Source: a virus
Taxonomy: Duplodnaviria; Heunggongvirae; Uroviricota; Caudoviricetes
IMG/VR virus record: IMGVR_UViG_2623620506_000009
Location: 1 to 34,002 of that record
Length of the DNA: 34,002 nucleotides
Reading direction: 5' to 3' (one strand)
In this document: piece after piece, positions 26,557 to 34,002 of the stretch
How positions within the stretch are numbered: the stretch's first letter is position 1
Layout of the letters: each line of letters starts with the position of its first letter
The notes under the pieces: generated by a model
Seen by the model: only the letters and a program-made list of their open reading frames with translations
Told to the model about the DNA's origin: nothing
The model's database searches: none
Position numbers and translations under genes: made by a program

Positions 26557-27104
26557 ACAGCAATTCTCCCGCTGTTTCGTGCGCGGGCATACGCACTGGT
26601 CAGTGCATCATAGCCGCGCAGTTCCCGCCCGGATGGGCTTACAGGTAAAGGCACACCATGTCGGGCAAAGGCTTCACGGATGCAGCGCATGTGCCACTGT
26701 TTGAGCGTTTCGAGCACAACCTGCAACGATTCCCCGTGACACCATGCCAGCGTGGAAACACCCTGACCGCCATTACGTCTGGCCGTCAGGCGTTCAACGT
26801 ATTTGTCCAGCGCGGCGTCGCTGATATCGGATACGAAACCATCAAGAAACATCTGCTGCCAGATTTTATAAATCTTCTCGCGCGGTGTGACATGCCCCTT
26901 AAAGCGACGGCGGGGATGTTTATTCTGCTTTTTAAAACCGCGCTCTTTCATGGCATCGAGCACTTGTTCCAGTTGTGCAACGGACAGCTCGCGGCAACTG
27001 GTTTTGCCCGTGCACTGCACCAGAAAGGCGCGGTAAGTGTCATCGTCGAGGTGCAACTCCCGGCGGGCAACATGAATTAATTTAATCAGGGATGTGCGAC
27101 TCAT
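26553..27104 (-). CDS. gemA: GemA-like early protein (Mu gp16)
   Basis: ATG 27104 with AAGGAG SD (track ORF extends upstream); 183 aa MSRTSLIKLIHVARRELHLDDDTYRAFLVQ...; same length as Mu GemA; position before mor. Confidence 0.8.
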   Translation of the reverse strand: MSRTSLIKLIHVARRELHLDDDTYRAFLVQCTGKTSCRELSVAQLEQVLDAMKERGFKKQNKHPRRRFKGHVTPREKIYKIWQQMFLDGFVSDISDAALDKYVERLTARRNGGQGVSTLAWCHGESLQVVLETLKQWHMRCIREAFARHGVPLPVSPSGRELRGYDALTSAYARARNSGRIAV

Positions 27105-27471
27105 TTTGCCCCATCTCCTTAATGCAGTGTTTTTCGACCCATGCCACACGAGCAGAATTCAGGTGGCATCTGTCATGTAGGCATTCATCATGGTAGTGCA
27201 CGTTATCTACATTAAATGGCAGGGATTCATCCAGCCCACTCGCGACAAAATCCGCATGTAATTGTTCTAGCGCAGCCTCGCTGTCTGCTCCGATTGATTC
27301 AAAATAGTCATAAACATTGGCGCATAATCCGACTCCCCGAATAAACCCTTCCCCTTCCGTTTCTTGCGCTCCGTTTTTTAACCACTGGTTATAGGCGACA
27401 TAAAAATCATAAAGATGTTTTCTGGTGCTGGCGGATGCGGATTTAATTTCATTTTTCTCTGCGTTATTCAT
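27082..27471 (-). CDS. hypothetical early protein (129 aa), Cys/His-rich C-terminus
   Basis: ATG 27471 with GAGG SD; C-terminal HYHDECLHDRCHLNSARVAWVEKHC suggests metal binding; no family recognised. Confidence 0.55.
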   Translation of the reverse strand: MNNAEKNEIKSASASTRKHLYDFYVAYNQWLKNGAQETEGEGFIRGVGLCANVYDYFESIGADSEAALEQLHADFVASGLDESLPFNVDNVHYHDECLHDRCHLNSARVAWVEKHCIKEMGQNESHIPD

Positions 27472-27646
27472 TTCTTAATACCTCTTCGCAATAAAAGATT
27501 TCATTGGGATAATGTTTTTGTATGCGCTCCATCACCTGCATACATGCCTGCTCGGTGGGCCAGATTTTTTCCGTTACAGGGATGGCATCACAGGCATCAT
27601 TCCCGCAGGTGCCAACCAGCAGGACAAAGCCAATTGACTTAATCAT
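27464..27646 (-). CDS. small Cys-rich protein with N-terminal signal-like hydrophobic segment (60 aa)
   Basis: ATG 27646 (track ORF extends to 27742 with non-protein-like extension); MIKSIGFVLLVGTC... resembles a signal peptide/imperfect lipobox; 4 further Cys. Confidence 0.4.
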   Translation of the reverse strand: MIKSIGFVLLVGTCGNDACDAIPVTEKIWPTEQACMQVMERIQKHYPNEIFYCEEVLRNE

Positions 27647-28181
27647 GTTCACTGACTTCCTGTGTTGCGGCCGGAGCTGGTGAATAATCAAGAATGAGAT
27701 AGCGCATGACGTGGTCGGTGATATTCCAGCCACTGGAACCACAAATAAAGCGCCCCATCCGGATATCGATATACGCCATCACAAAACGGGGCATTCCCTG
27801 TTTGCACATCTCGTCATCCACTTCAGCAACGATGTAAACCGACTCGCAGGTCAGTACGCCTGTCGCAAATTCTTTTGCCAGTGCCGGAATGGCATTGCCT
27901 TCCAGCCAGGGCAAAGAGCGGCGGAACGCGCACCATTGAGCATCATCAACATCGGGGTGTTCCGTTGTTGCGTTTCGTCTTACTGGCGGCGTCGGACGAG
28001 GGCGCGGAACGTCATAAAATCCGTTGCATTCAGTGAGAACTCCGGCATCAACCGCATCACGCAGGAAATACACCATTGAGGAAGGTGGCATCTTCATTTT
28101 TTCAGCCAGAACGCCACAGGTCAGACGCCCGTAAGCCCGTAGTAATGTGCTGACACCGCTCAGAATTTTTGCATCAATCAT
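27639..28181 (-). CDS. hypothetical early protein (180 aa), possible N-terminal winged-helix domain
   Basis: ATG 28181; 97-nt gap after gam; N-terminal LRAYGRLTCGVLAEKMKMPPSSMVYFLRDAVDAGVL resembles a wHTH; no family recognised. Confidence 0.55.
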   Translation of the reverse strand: MIDAKILSGVSTLLRAYGRLTCGVLAEKMKMPPSSMVYFLRDAVDAGVLTECNGFYDVPRPRPTPPVRRNATTEHPDVDDAQWCAFRRSLPWLEGNAIPALAKEFATGVLTCESVYIVAEVDDEMCKQGMPRFVMAYIDIRMGRFICGSSGWNITDHVMRYLILDYSPAPAATQEVSEHD

Positions 28182-28278
28182 TTTTATTTCTCAGATATCA
28201 GATTCAGGCGCGAGCAATCCCCTGACGCATCGCGCCATAATTAAAAGAAAGTGAATTAATTAAATATGCGTGGTGGTA

Positions 28279-28803
28279 TTAAATACCGGCTTCCTGTTCA
28301 AACGGAATAATAGAAAAATCTTCAATACCTGATTTGACTGTAATTCCGGCAACACCTGCGACCGCTTTCGGTTCCAGTAAAATCGCCTCCTTGTTGATTT
28401 CCTGTTTCGTGCGAATAAAGCGTTGCAGGCCAAGACGCTCCAGCGTTTCCATCACCGCATCCATGCCGCGAATACTTACCGATGGTGGGCGCTGACGCCA
28501 TGACACATCACCGGTTACCAGGTTTGCCGTCTTCACCTTGCCGCCGTTCGTCAGTTCGTCACGGTTCGCTTCACACCATCCCTGAACGCCTTTTGAAAGG
28601 GTTTCGATACTGGTTTTAAGGGGCGCAATCTGTGAGGCGTATTTCTCAGTAATTTCAGCGATAGCGTCATTCATTTCCGTTTCAAGTCGTGCCGCTTCGC
28701 GTTGCAGGTCACCAATCCGGCGAATATCACACACCACGGCATCGCGGGATTGAGGAACATAAGCTGCTGCGGCACTCTTGATTCGTTTTGCTGGTTTAGC
28801 CAT
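28279..28803 (-). CDS. gam: host-nuclease inhibitor protein Gam (Ku-like DNA end-binding protein)
   Basis: 174 aa MAKPAKRIKSAAAAYVPQ...GVQGWCEANRDELTNGGKVKTANLVTGDVSWR...SGIEDFSIIPFEQEAGI; near-identical to recalled Mu Gam; AGGAG SD. Confidence 0.92.
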   Translation of the reverse strand: MAKPAKRIKSAAAAYVPQSRDAVVCDIRRIGDLQREAARLETEMNDAIAEITEKYASQIAPLKTSIETLSKGVQGWCEANRDELTNGGKVKTANLVTGDVSWRQRPPSVSIRGMDAVMETLERLGLQRFIRTKQEINKEAILLEPKAVAGVAGITVKSGIEDFSIIPFEQEAGI

Positions 28804-28823
28804 ATAAATAAAGCTCCTGTTAA

Positions 28824-29123
28824 TTAATATTCGCTGTATACAATGCTGGATACAGCACGATTGCTTAATTCCATCTTTTGGGCAATGACATGAATAGCCA
28901 GCCCTTCTTTATAAAGTTCACGACACAAATATTTGTCGTGCTCACTGACCCGGTAAACACACAACGATATTCCGTGCCTTCTGGCATGTGCCTGTAGAGC
29001 GGTTGGGGCAACGTTCAGTTTTTTCGCCATTTCTTCGACGGTCATTTTTCCGACACTGGCTTCGATAAATTCCCGGTCTTCGCGTGACCAGCGTTTACGT
29101 TTACACATCATTCCGGTCACCAC
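28824..29123 (-). CDS. hypothetical small DNA-binding protein (HTH-like)
   Basis: GTG 29123 directly after upstream stop, or ATG 29111; MTVEEMAKKLNVAPTALQAHARRHGIS looks like a helix-turn-helix; start ambiguous. Confidence 0.5.
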   Translation of the reverse strand: MVTGMMCKRKRWSREDREFIEASVGKMTVEEMAKKLNVAPTALQAHARRHGISLCVYRVSEHDKYLCRELYKEGLAIHVIAQKMELSNRAVSSIVYSEY

Positions 29124-29543
29124 TCAGTACAACAGGGGGTCGCGCAGTGATGCCGGAATATGCCGCAGCGATAACTGAACCGCTTTCAGGGCAAGGGAAG
29201 AATACGTTCCCTGCGCCCAGCCTTTCGCCATTCGCCGGTAATCGCGCCAGATATTCTGCCACTGCTCCCGTGCGTCCGGGTCTGACGCGCTGATGTATTC
29301 GCGGTCCATGACGTATTCCCATAAATCCTCGTTAAACGCACCGCCAAACGTGATGGCATTAGAGATGTTTTCGCCACAATAACGCGCACAAATGCTGTAA
29401 TGGTCAAATGTAATCAGATAAGTAGTTTCACCATGCTCATAAACTTTGCGGGTGAAAATAAACTCGCGTAATTCTCCTGGATTGTTATTACGCATTTTAA
29501 TTCGAATTAATGCCTGAATTTCGTTTCTGATTTTGGCGTTCAT
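29124..29543 (-). CDS. hypothetical early protein (139 aa)
   Basis: ATG 29543 with AAGGA SD; no family recognised. Confidence 0.55.
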   Translation of the reverse strand: MNAKIRNEIQALIRIKMRNNNPGELREFIFTRKVYEHGETTYLITFDHYSICARYCGENISNAITFGGAFNEDLWEYVMDREYISASDPDAREQWQNIWRDYRRMAKGWAQGTYSSLALKAVQLSLRHIPASLRDPLLY

Positions 29544-29557
29544 TATCAGCGTTCCTT

Positions 29558-29821
29558 TCAGTGACGTGTTCCTTCAACTGTCGTTTTTGTGACACTGCCA
29601 CCCGTGATGACGCCGTCATTTTTCAGAATTTCAATGGCCTCATGGGTTGACTCGCAAACAATATCCCGACTTTTTTCCAGAACCAGTAACGCTACCATGC
29701 CAGCGAGTGTACATTCATCGCCGTCCAGCTCTGCACTGTGTTCTACGTTAATACTGGTACGTAAACGCTGCCCTTTAACTTCAGATGTCGCATTTTTGAT
29801 TTCGATAATGACTTTTGCCAT
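29558..29821 (-). CDS. hypothetical early protein (87 aa)
   Basis: ATG 29821 with GAGGA SD (track ORF extends to 29875); no family recognised. Confidence 0.5.
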   Translation of the reverse strand: MAKVIIEIKNATSEVKGQRLRTSINVEHSAELDGDECTLAGMVALLVLEKSRDIVCESTHEAIEILKNDGVITGGSVTKTTVEGTRH

Positions 29822-29853
29822 TTTGTTATTCCTCACAAATAAATAAGCCGTTA

Positions 29854-30081
29854 TTAACGCCAGATAATCTGACAACCATTAAGACGGGCCGTCCATACTG
29901 AACGGGCAACCCCTGATTTATGCTCCATAATTCTGATGGCGTTCCTGACCAGCTCCGGTGGCGGGCAGGTAATTTCAAGCACCGGGCGGGCTACGCCCAG
30001 CCAGGATTCGTTGACGTGGCTGCCGCGCTCCTGTAACCAGCTCTTTACTTCCGTCGCCATTTTGATATTCCGTGACATCAT
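29854..30081 (-). CDS. hypothetical early protein (75 aa) at the position of Mu kil
   Basis: ATG 30081 with AGGAGA SD, 14 nt after the B stop; position equivalent to Mu kil but homology not verifiable by eye. Confidence 0.5.
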   Translation of the reverse strand: MMSRNIKMATEVKSWLQERGSHVNESWLGVARPVLEITCPPPELVRNAIRIMEHKSGVARSVWTARLNGCQIIWR

Positions 30082-30094
30082 GATTTCGCTCTCC

Positions 30095-31033
30095 TTACGT
30101 GCGCAGCAGGGTTGAAATATCAACGTCCAGGTCTAATTCACGGAAAGCCTGACGCAGATAATCTTCATTAACACGTTCACCTTTGCCGTGGGCAGTCATG
30201 GCCGCAAGGCGCAGCGAGTGGTTCAGGATGCGAAGCGCACCTGGTTTTTGTGCAATCTGCTGTAATAATTCCCGCTCGTTTTCGCCGGTAATTTGCCAGG
30301 CATCCGCAATGGCTTTTACATCGTCAATTTTGGTTTTATTAATTGCCGTCCGCTTTGCAATACGGGAAAACAGGCGGGCAAATTCAACCGTTCTGTTACC
30401 ACCGGTCATGTTTGAATAAACACGGTGATTCCCCATCAGAACAAGGCCAATACGGGCAGACTCCTGTAACAGGCGGAGTTCTTCCAGAACCTCAGCGCCA
30501 AGATGATCAGCTTCGTCGATAATGACCAGCCCCTGCGTACCTTCAAGGCGGCGTCGCAAAGCGCGGGAGAGCGGCCCTTTGCGGCGCGGTGCGTCATTCA
30601 TTCCCAGCTCATAAGCCAGTTCAGTGAGACATTCCAGAACACTGGCGCAGGATGGTGTAATGGTGATCATCCAGACATTGTTATTGGTGCGACGAAATTC
30701 GCGGGCCGCTTCAGTTTTCCCCACACCTGGATTACCGCAGATAACAGAAATACTTTCAGTCAGGCTGGCAAAACGCATACTCGTCCAGATTTGACGTGCT
30801 GTTCTGGTTTCCACAAAACGCGGGGGTTCTGGCAGCTCTGCGGCGCGGTGATAGTTCTCCAGCCAGCGTTCCAGTGTCTGCGCGACACGGTCATTGTCGC
30901 CGTTGTACTTGTTATTCACGAATGCGCTTAACGTTCCTGCGGCCACGCCGGACTCGCGGGCAATTTGTGCATAAGTTGTTTTTTCACTTTCTACAAGCGT
31001 GCGCAGTCCTGTGCGAATATCGGAAATATTCAT
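30095..31033 (-). CDS. B: transposition ATPase / target DNA activator B (MuB)
   Basis: 312 aa; [15 protein letters not shown]..., Walker A GNPGVGKT, Walker [11 protein letters not shown]; near-identical to recalled Mu B; GAGG SD. Confidence 0.93.
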   Translation of the reverse strand: MNISDIRTGLRTLVESEKTTYAQIARESGVAAGTLSAFVNNKYNGDNDRVAQTLERWLENYHRAAELPEPPRFVETRTARQIWTSMRFASLTESISVICGNPGVGKTEAAREFRRTNNNVWMITITPSCASVLECLTELAYELGMNDAPRRKGPLSRALRRRLEGTQGLVIIDEADHLGAEVLEELRLLQESARIGLVLMGNHRVYSNMTGGNRTVEFARLFSRIAKRTAINKTKIDDVKAIADAWQITGENERELLQQIAQKPGALRILNHSLRLAAMTAHGKGERVNEDYLRQAFRELDLDVDISTLLRT

Positions 31034-31071
31034 CTGAATAACCTCGTAATTAAATTTTGTTTAAACGTTAA

Positions 31072-33060
31072 TTAAATGGCTTTTTTACGTCTGTTCTGTT
31101 CCAGAATATCCAGCGAATGATTCAGATATTCATCACGATCAGTTTCATATTCATCATCGGGTTCCTGGTATTTCACCTGCACCGTGTTACCGGAAGGCCG
31201 GAAAATACCAACAACCCTTGATTCTGGCGCTGCTGGTTCGGCTATCTGCGGCAGCAGTTCAGCAACTTCCAGCGCGTCCATTTGCTTCTGCGCCTTAATG
31301 GCTGCTTTAGTTGCAGATTTCAGTTGTTTCTGGCGGCGGCGATATTCACGACCTGCCGCAGCATCATTAAATGCAACAGGGGCCAGACATTCCGCTTCAC
31401 AGATAAACCGACCGTCCAGGGTGTAGCAATAAACCGTGCTGTGTAGCTGCTGTGGATCAAACCTGACCACAACTTTTTTCACTCCGGCATTCATTAATGC
31501 CATGTTGTAATAAACGTTTTTCGCGCCTTTAAGGGAGCCGCCAACTTTAAGCGTAAACTCGCCTTTGCGTGAAACGTTCACCGCCTCAGCAGGCAGTAAC
31601 AGCATCCGTTTTTGTTCTTCGGTTGGCTTACGCACAATCGTTCTGGCGTATTCACGCTCGAAAACATCATCAAACGAGAGTTTGCCCCCGCACATTTCTG
31701 TTTCACGTCCTGTTCTGGCATTGAACATCGCCACACCTTCGGCAAGGGTTTTCAGAAACAGCTCTGCATCAACAGCACGGTCGCCATAGTTATCAGGTTT
31801 TGCCTGCGGATTTGGCCCCGTATATGCACCAGCCAGTGCCGGATGCTTATCAACGTATTCCTCAAGCCCACCAACACCGAAAGCACGTTCAACAGGTTTT
31901 GCCTGGCCCCAGCCTTTACCGGCAACAACGCTTGTCCAGTGCATTTTCGCGCCCATCAGTAAAAACAGTCCCTTTGGATCGTCCTCTTTCACCTTAAAGC
32001 GGTAGCGATTGGGCGCGCCCCCCGTCAGCCATTTATTCGCTGCACCACGGGTGTTATCAATGGTGATGTGAAAATCCTCCGGGATGCCGTAGCGTGTCAC
32101 CACATCCATGAACGAGAGGCGAATTGAATCGATGTTCTCGCTTACATCGCAGCGCCAGCCCAGAATTTTTCGGGTTTTCACATCCTGCCAGAACCATGTT
32201 TTCGGGCGGATCACATCGCCGTTAAACCAGCGTACAAAGACGTTATGCAGATAACCGTCGCCGTTGATCCACTGCATGGCGTCCAGGTGTTCCACAGTTC
32301 GCTGCTGTGCCGGTATCAGATGCATCAGTGCATGTTCACCTTCACGGCAGGCAACAACCATTGCCTCATCCAGTTGCTGAATCCGGCGAAAGGCCGTGGC
32401 ACGGGAGGGAATACTCCAGCCATGCTCGCGGGCTGCCAGCTCCAGACGCTCATAACATTTGCGGAAGGCGGGTTTTTCTGGTCGCAGATAATCTGCAATC
32501 AGAAACTGCCAGGCATCCTCGTCAAATTCACTTTTGTGAACATTGCGACGAGATGCACCACGTCCATCAACAAGTGCTGCCGCCCAGTCAGGCTTCGCAA
32601 ACTTCTGTACCTGGTAATACTTGTCCCGCAAAGTGGATGCGCTGACCTGGTAATGCCCTGCAACGGTCGCAAAAGCCGTTTTCGTTGAAATCCCCTGGTT
32701 CAGCATTTCGTCTGCAGCCTGAACCGCAGGCAACCATTTTTCAGCAAGTCTGCGCTGGGAATTGCTGGCGTTATCCCATTTGCTCCACAGTGCCTCACGA
32801 TCATAATCATGGGCTTCCAGCGTGGGGCGGGCGATTTCAAAACGGCCCTGGCTTGTTTCAATACCTCCTTGTTGCAATAAAATTTCAGCACGTAATGCAA
32901 CAGGAAATGATTTGATATTGAATTCAAATGATACACCTTTAGTACCTGTAACTTGCCTAAACACCCAGCCTTCTCTTTGTGCCTTACGTGTAATGTTAGT
33001 TGCTTGCTTTGGCAAACCAGCAAAACCAAGCAATTCTTTCGCTGTATACCACTCTTTCAT
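31072..33060 (-). CDS. A: DDE transposase A (MuA), D108-type N-terminus
   Basis: 662 aa; from about residue 70 ([26 protein letters not shown]...) matches recalled Mu A through the catalytic core and C-terminus (...[19 protein letters not shown]); N-terminal 70 aa differ from Mu as in D108. Confidence 0.95.
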
Positions 33061-33067
33061 AGCGCAC

Positions 33068-33289
33068 CTAGTATCGAGATGGCCAGATATCCTGCGGTGT
33101 CATTCCCAATGCATCTGCAATGATTTTTTCCGCTTTTGGGTATCTCTTATCTAAAGCATTTTTTAATGTTGAAGACGAAAGATGATTCGATCTTCCCAAT
33201 TCGGCCAGTGACATATTGCGTTTTCGTAACTCAGCAACGATGTCAGCCCGATGCCAGTCTTGGCGGTTAGCTCTTTTATTCATATGCAT
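33068..33289 (-). CDS. ner: Ner, early transcriptional repressor
   Basis: ATG at 33289 with AAGGA SD (track start 33331 is TTG); 73 aa ...[28 protein letters not shown]...IWPSRY; conserved DWHRAD and IWPSRY motifs as in Mu Ner. Confidence 0.85.
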
Positions 33290-33477
33290 TTCATGTAATC
33301 CTTTCAGATTCACCCGTGAGCTACTCTGCAAAGTAGCTCACGGCATATCGAGCAATGTACAGTGAAATCTTTTTGGAATCAATGATGATTTGAAAAGATT
33401 TTACAGCATCTTGATTAATTATTTGAAACTTAAAGTAATTTTTTTCAACTTTAATGAAATCATTGGGATTTTAAACA
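33290..33477. promoter_or_regulatory. divergent c / ner control region (early promoter and operators)
   Basis: AT-rich 188-bp gap between divergent repressor and ner genes; 11-bp perfect inverted repeat CGTGAGCTACT-N6-AGTAGCTCACG (33315-33342); second dyad AAATCTTTT/AAAAGATTT (33365-33373 / 33393-33401). Confidence 0.55.
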
Positions 33478-34002
33478 ATGTCTTTTGAAATCAAAGAATG
33501 GTTTAATGCGAAAGAGCTGGAGGGGATGCCTGGTGTGCCAAAGTTGGCGACTAACATTACCAGAAAGGCTGTGGCAGAAAATTGGGTAAAACGTCAACGT
33601 CATGGTGGAAAAGGTGTGGCTTATGAATATCACATCAACAGCTTACCAGAAGAAACCCAAAGGGCTATTAAGGGAGCATCATTTTCTTATACCCCTCCAG
33701 TACATGTACCAAGCCATCATACAGTTGATGAGCGGCTAGTTTATGCAATGAGTTTCTTAACGCCTGATGAGCAAGCTGCGGCTATTGAGATCATTCGTGT
33801 GGCAGGAATTAAAGGTCTTATGCCGACAATTGTTAGCAAAGATAAAGCGTTAGAAGCATTGGGGGTTACTGTGGAACAACAAAGAACCCTACAGACACTT
33901 CAAGCATTACCGCCGGAAAAAGCGAGAGAGATTTTATCTCAGTATGAAAATAAGGAACACAACCTCCCGGCAAGAGAAGACGATGTAAAAAAAGCTGTAT
34001 AA
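33478..34002 (+). CDS. c: repressor c (Repc-like), D108-type
   Basis: 174 aa; N-terminal [30 protein letters not shown] resembles the transposase N-terminal DNA-binding domain ([30 protein letters not shown]) as in Mu; only plus-strand gene; stop at window end. Confidence 0.8.
   Translation: MSFEIKEWFNAKELEGMPGVPKLATNITRKAVAENWVKRQRHGGKGVAYEYHINSLPEETQRAIKGASFSYTPPVHVPSHHTVDERLVYAMSFLTPDEQAAAIEIIRVAGIKGLMPTIVSKDKALEALGVTVEQQRTLQTLQALPPEKAREILSQYENKEHNLPAREDDVKKAV

Larger units (their letters stand above)
1..34002 (-). mobile_element. Mu/D108-like transposable prophage, near-complete (c through mom); both ends just outside the window
   Basis: Colinear Mu gene order on minus strand: repressor, ner, DDE transposase A, ATPase B, gam, gemA, mor, lysis, terminase, portal, head, tail, baseplate, tail fibers, com, mom. 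No integrase. Confidence 0.9.

Noticed and set aside
1-34002. Looked for integrase, CRISPR array, tRNA/rRNA genes, restriction-modification, toxin-antitoxin or Abi-type defence cargo
   Set aside because: No direct-repeat/spacer array, no cloverleaf-like structured stretches in the few noncoding gaps, no tyrosine/serine recombinase, and every gap larger than 50 bp is accounted for by control regions; the only anti-restriction function evident is Mom (plus Gam as RecBCD inhibitor).

Overview
The whole 34-kb window is one near-complete Mu/D108-type transposable prophage in inverted orientation: the left (immunity/transposition) end is at the high-coordinate side and the right (com-mom) end at coordinate 1, so both phage ends lie just outside the window. 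Every gene except the repressor c is on the minus strand, tightly packed with overlapping stop/start codons. Order from high to low coordinates: c / ner-A-B / small early genes - gam - gemA - mor / terminator / lysis cassette (GH108 endolysin, membrane proteins, TraR-like zinc finger) / terminase - portal - F / repeat-rich central intergenic region / I - major head - connector genes / sheath - tube - chaperone - tape measure - N - baseplate / two tandem tail-fiber+chaperone modules / com - mom. I see no rRNA, tRNA, CRISPR, integrase or recognisable restriction-modification, toxin-antitoxin or Abi cargo. The most unusual points are: (i) two complete, co-oriented tail-fiber modules with no Gin invertase or invertible G segment; (ii) no recognisable late activator C, with a different lysis cassette directly after mor; (iii) a repeat-rich central intergenic region at the position of the Mu strong gyrase site; (iv) a +1-frame ORF bridging the tail chaperone and tape-measure genes; (v) an identical 26-bp terminator hairpin at two operon boundaries; (vi) several early accessory ORFs of unknown function. 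Limits: no searches or computations were run. All calls rest on reading the ORF translations, recalled family motifs and recalled Mu/lambda/P2 protein sequences, plus hand-checked start codons and Shine-Dalgarno (SD) sequences. The ORF track uses GTG/TTG as well as ATG starts, so several starts were moved to an internal ATG with an SD.
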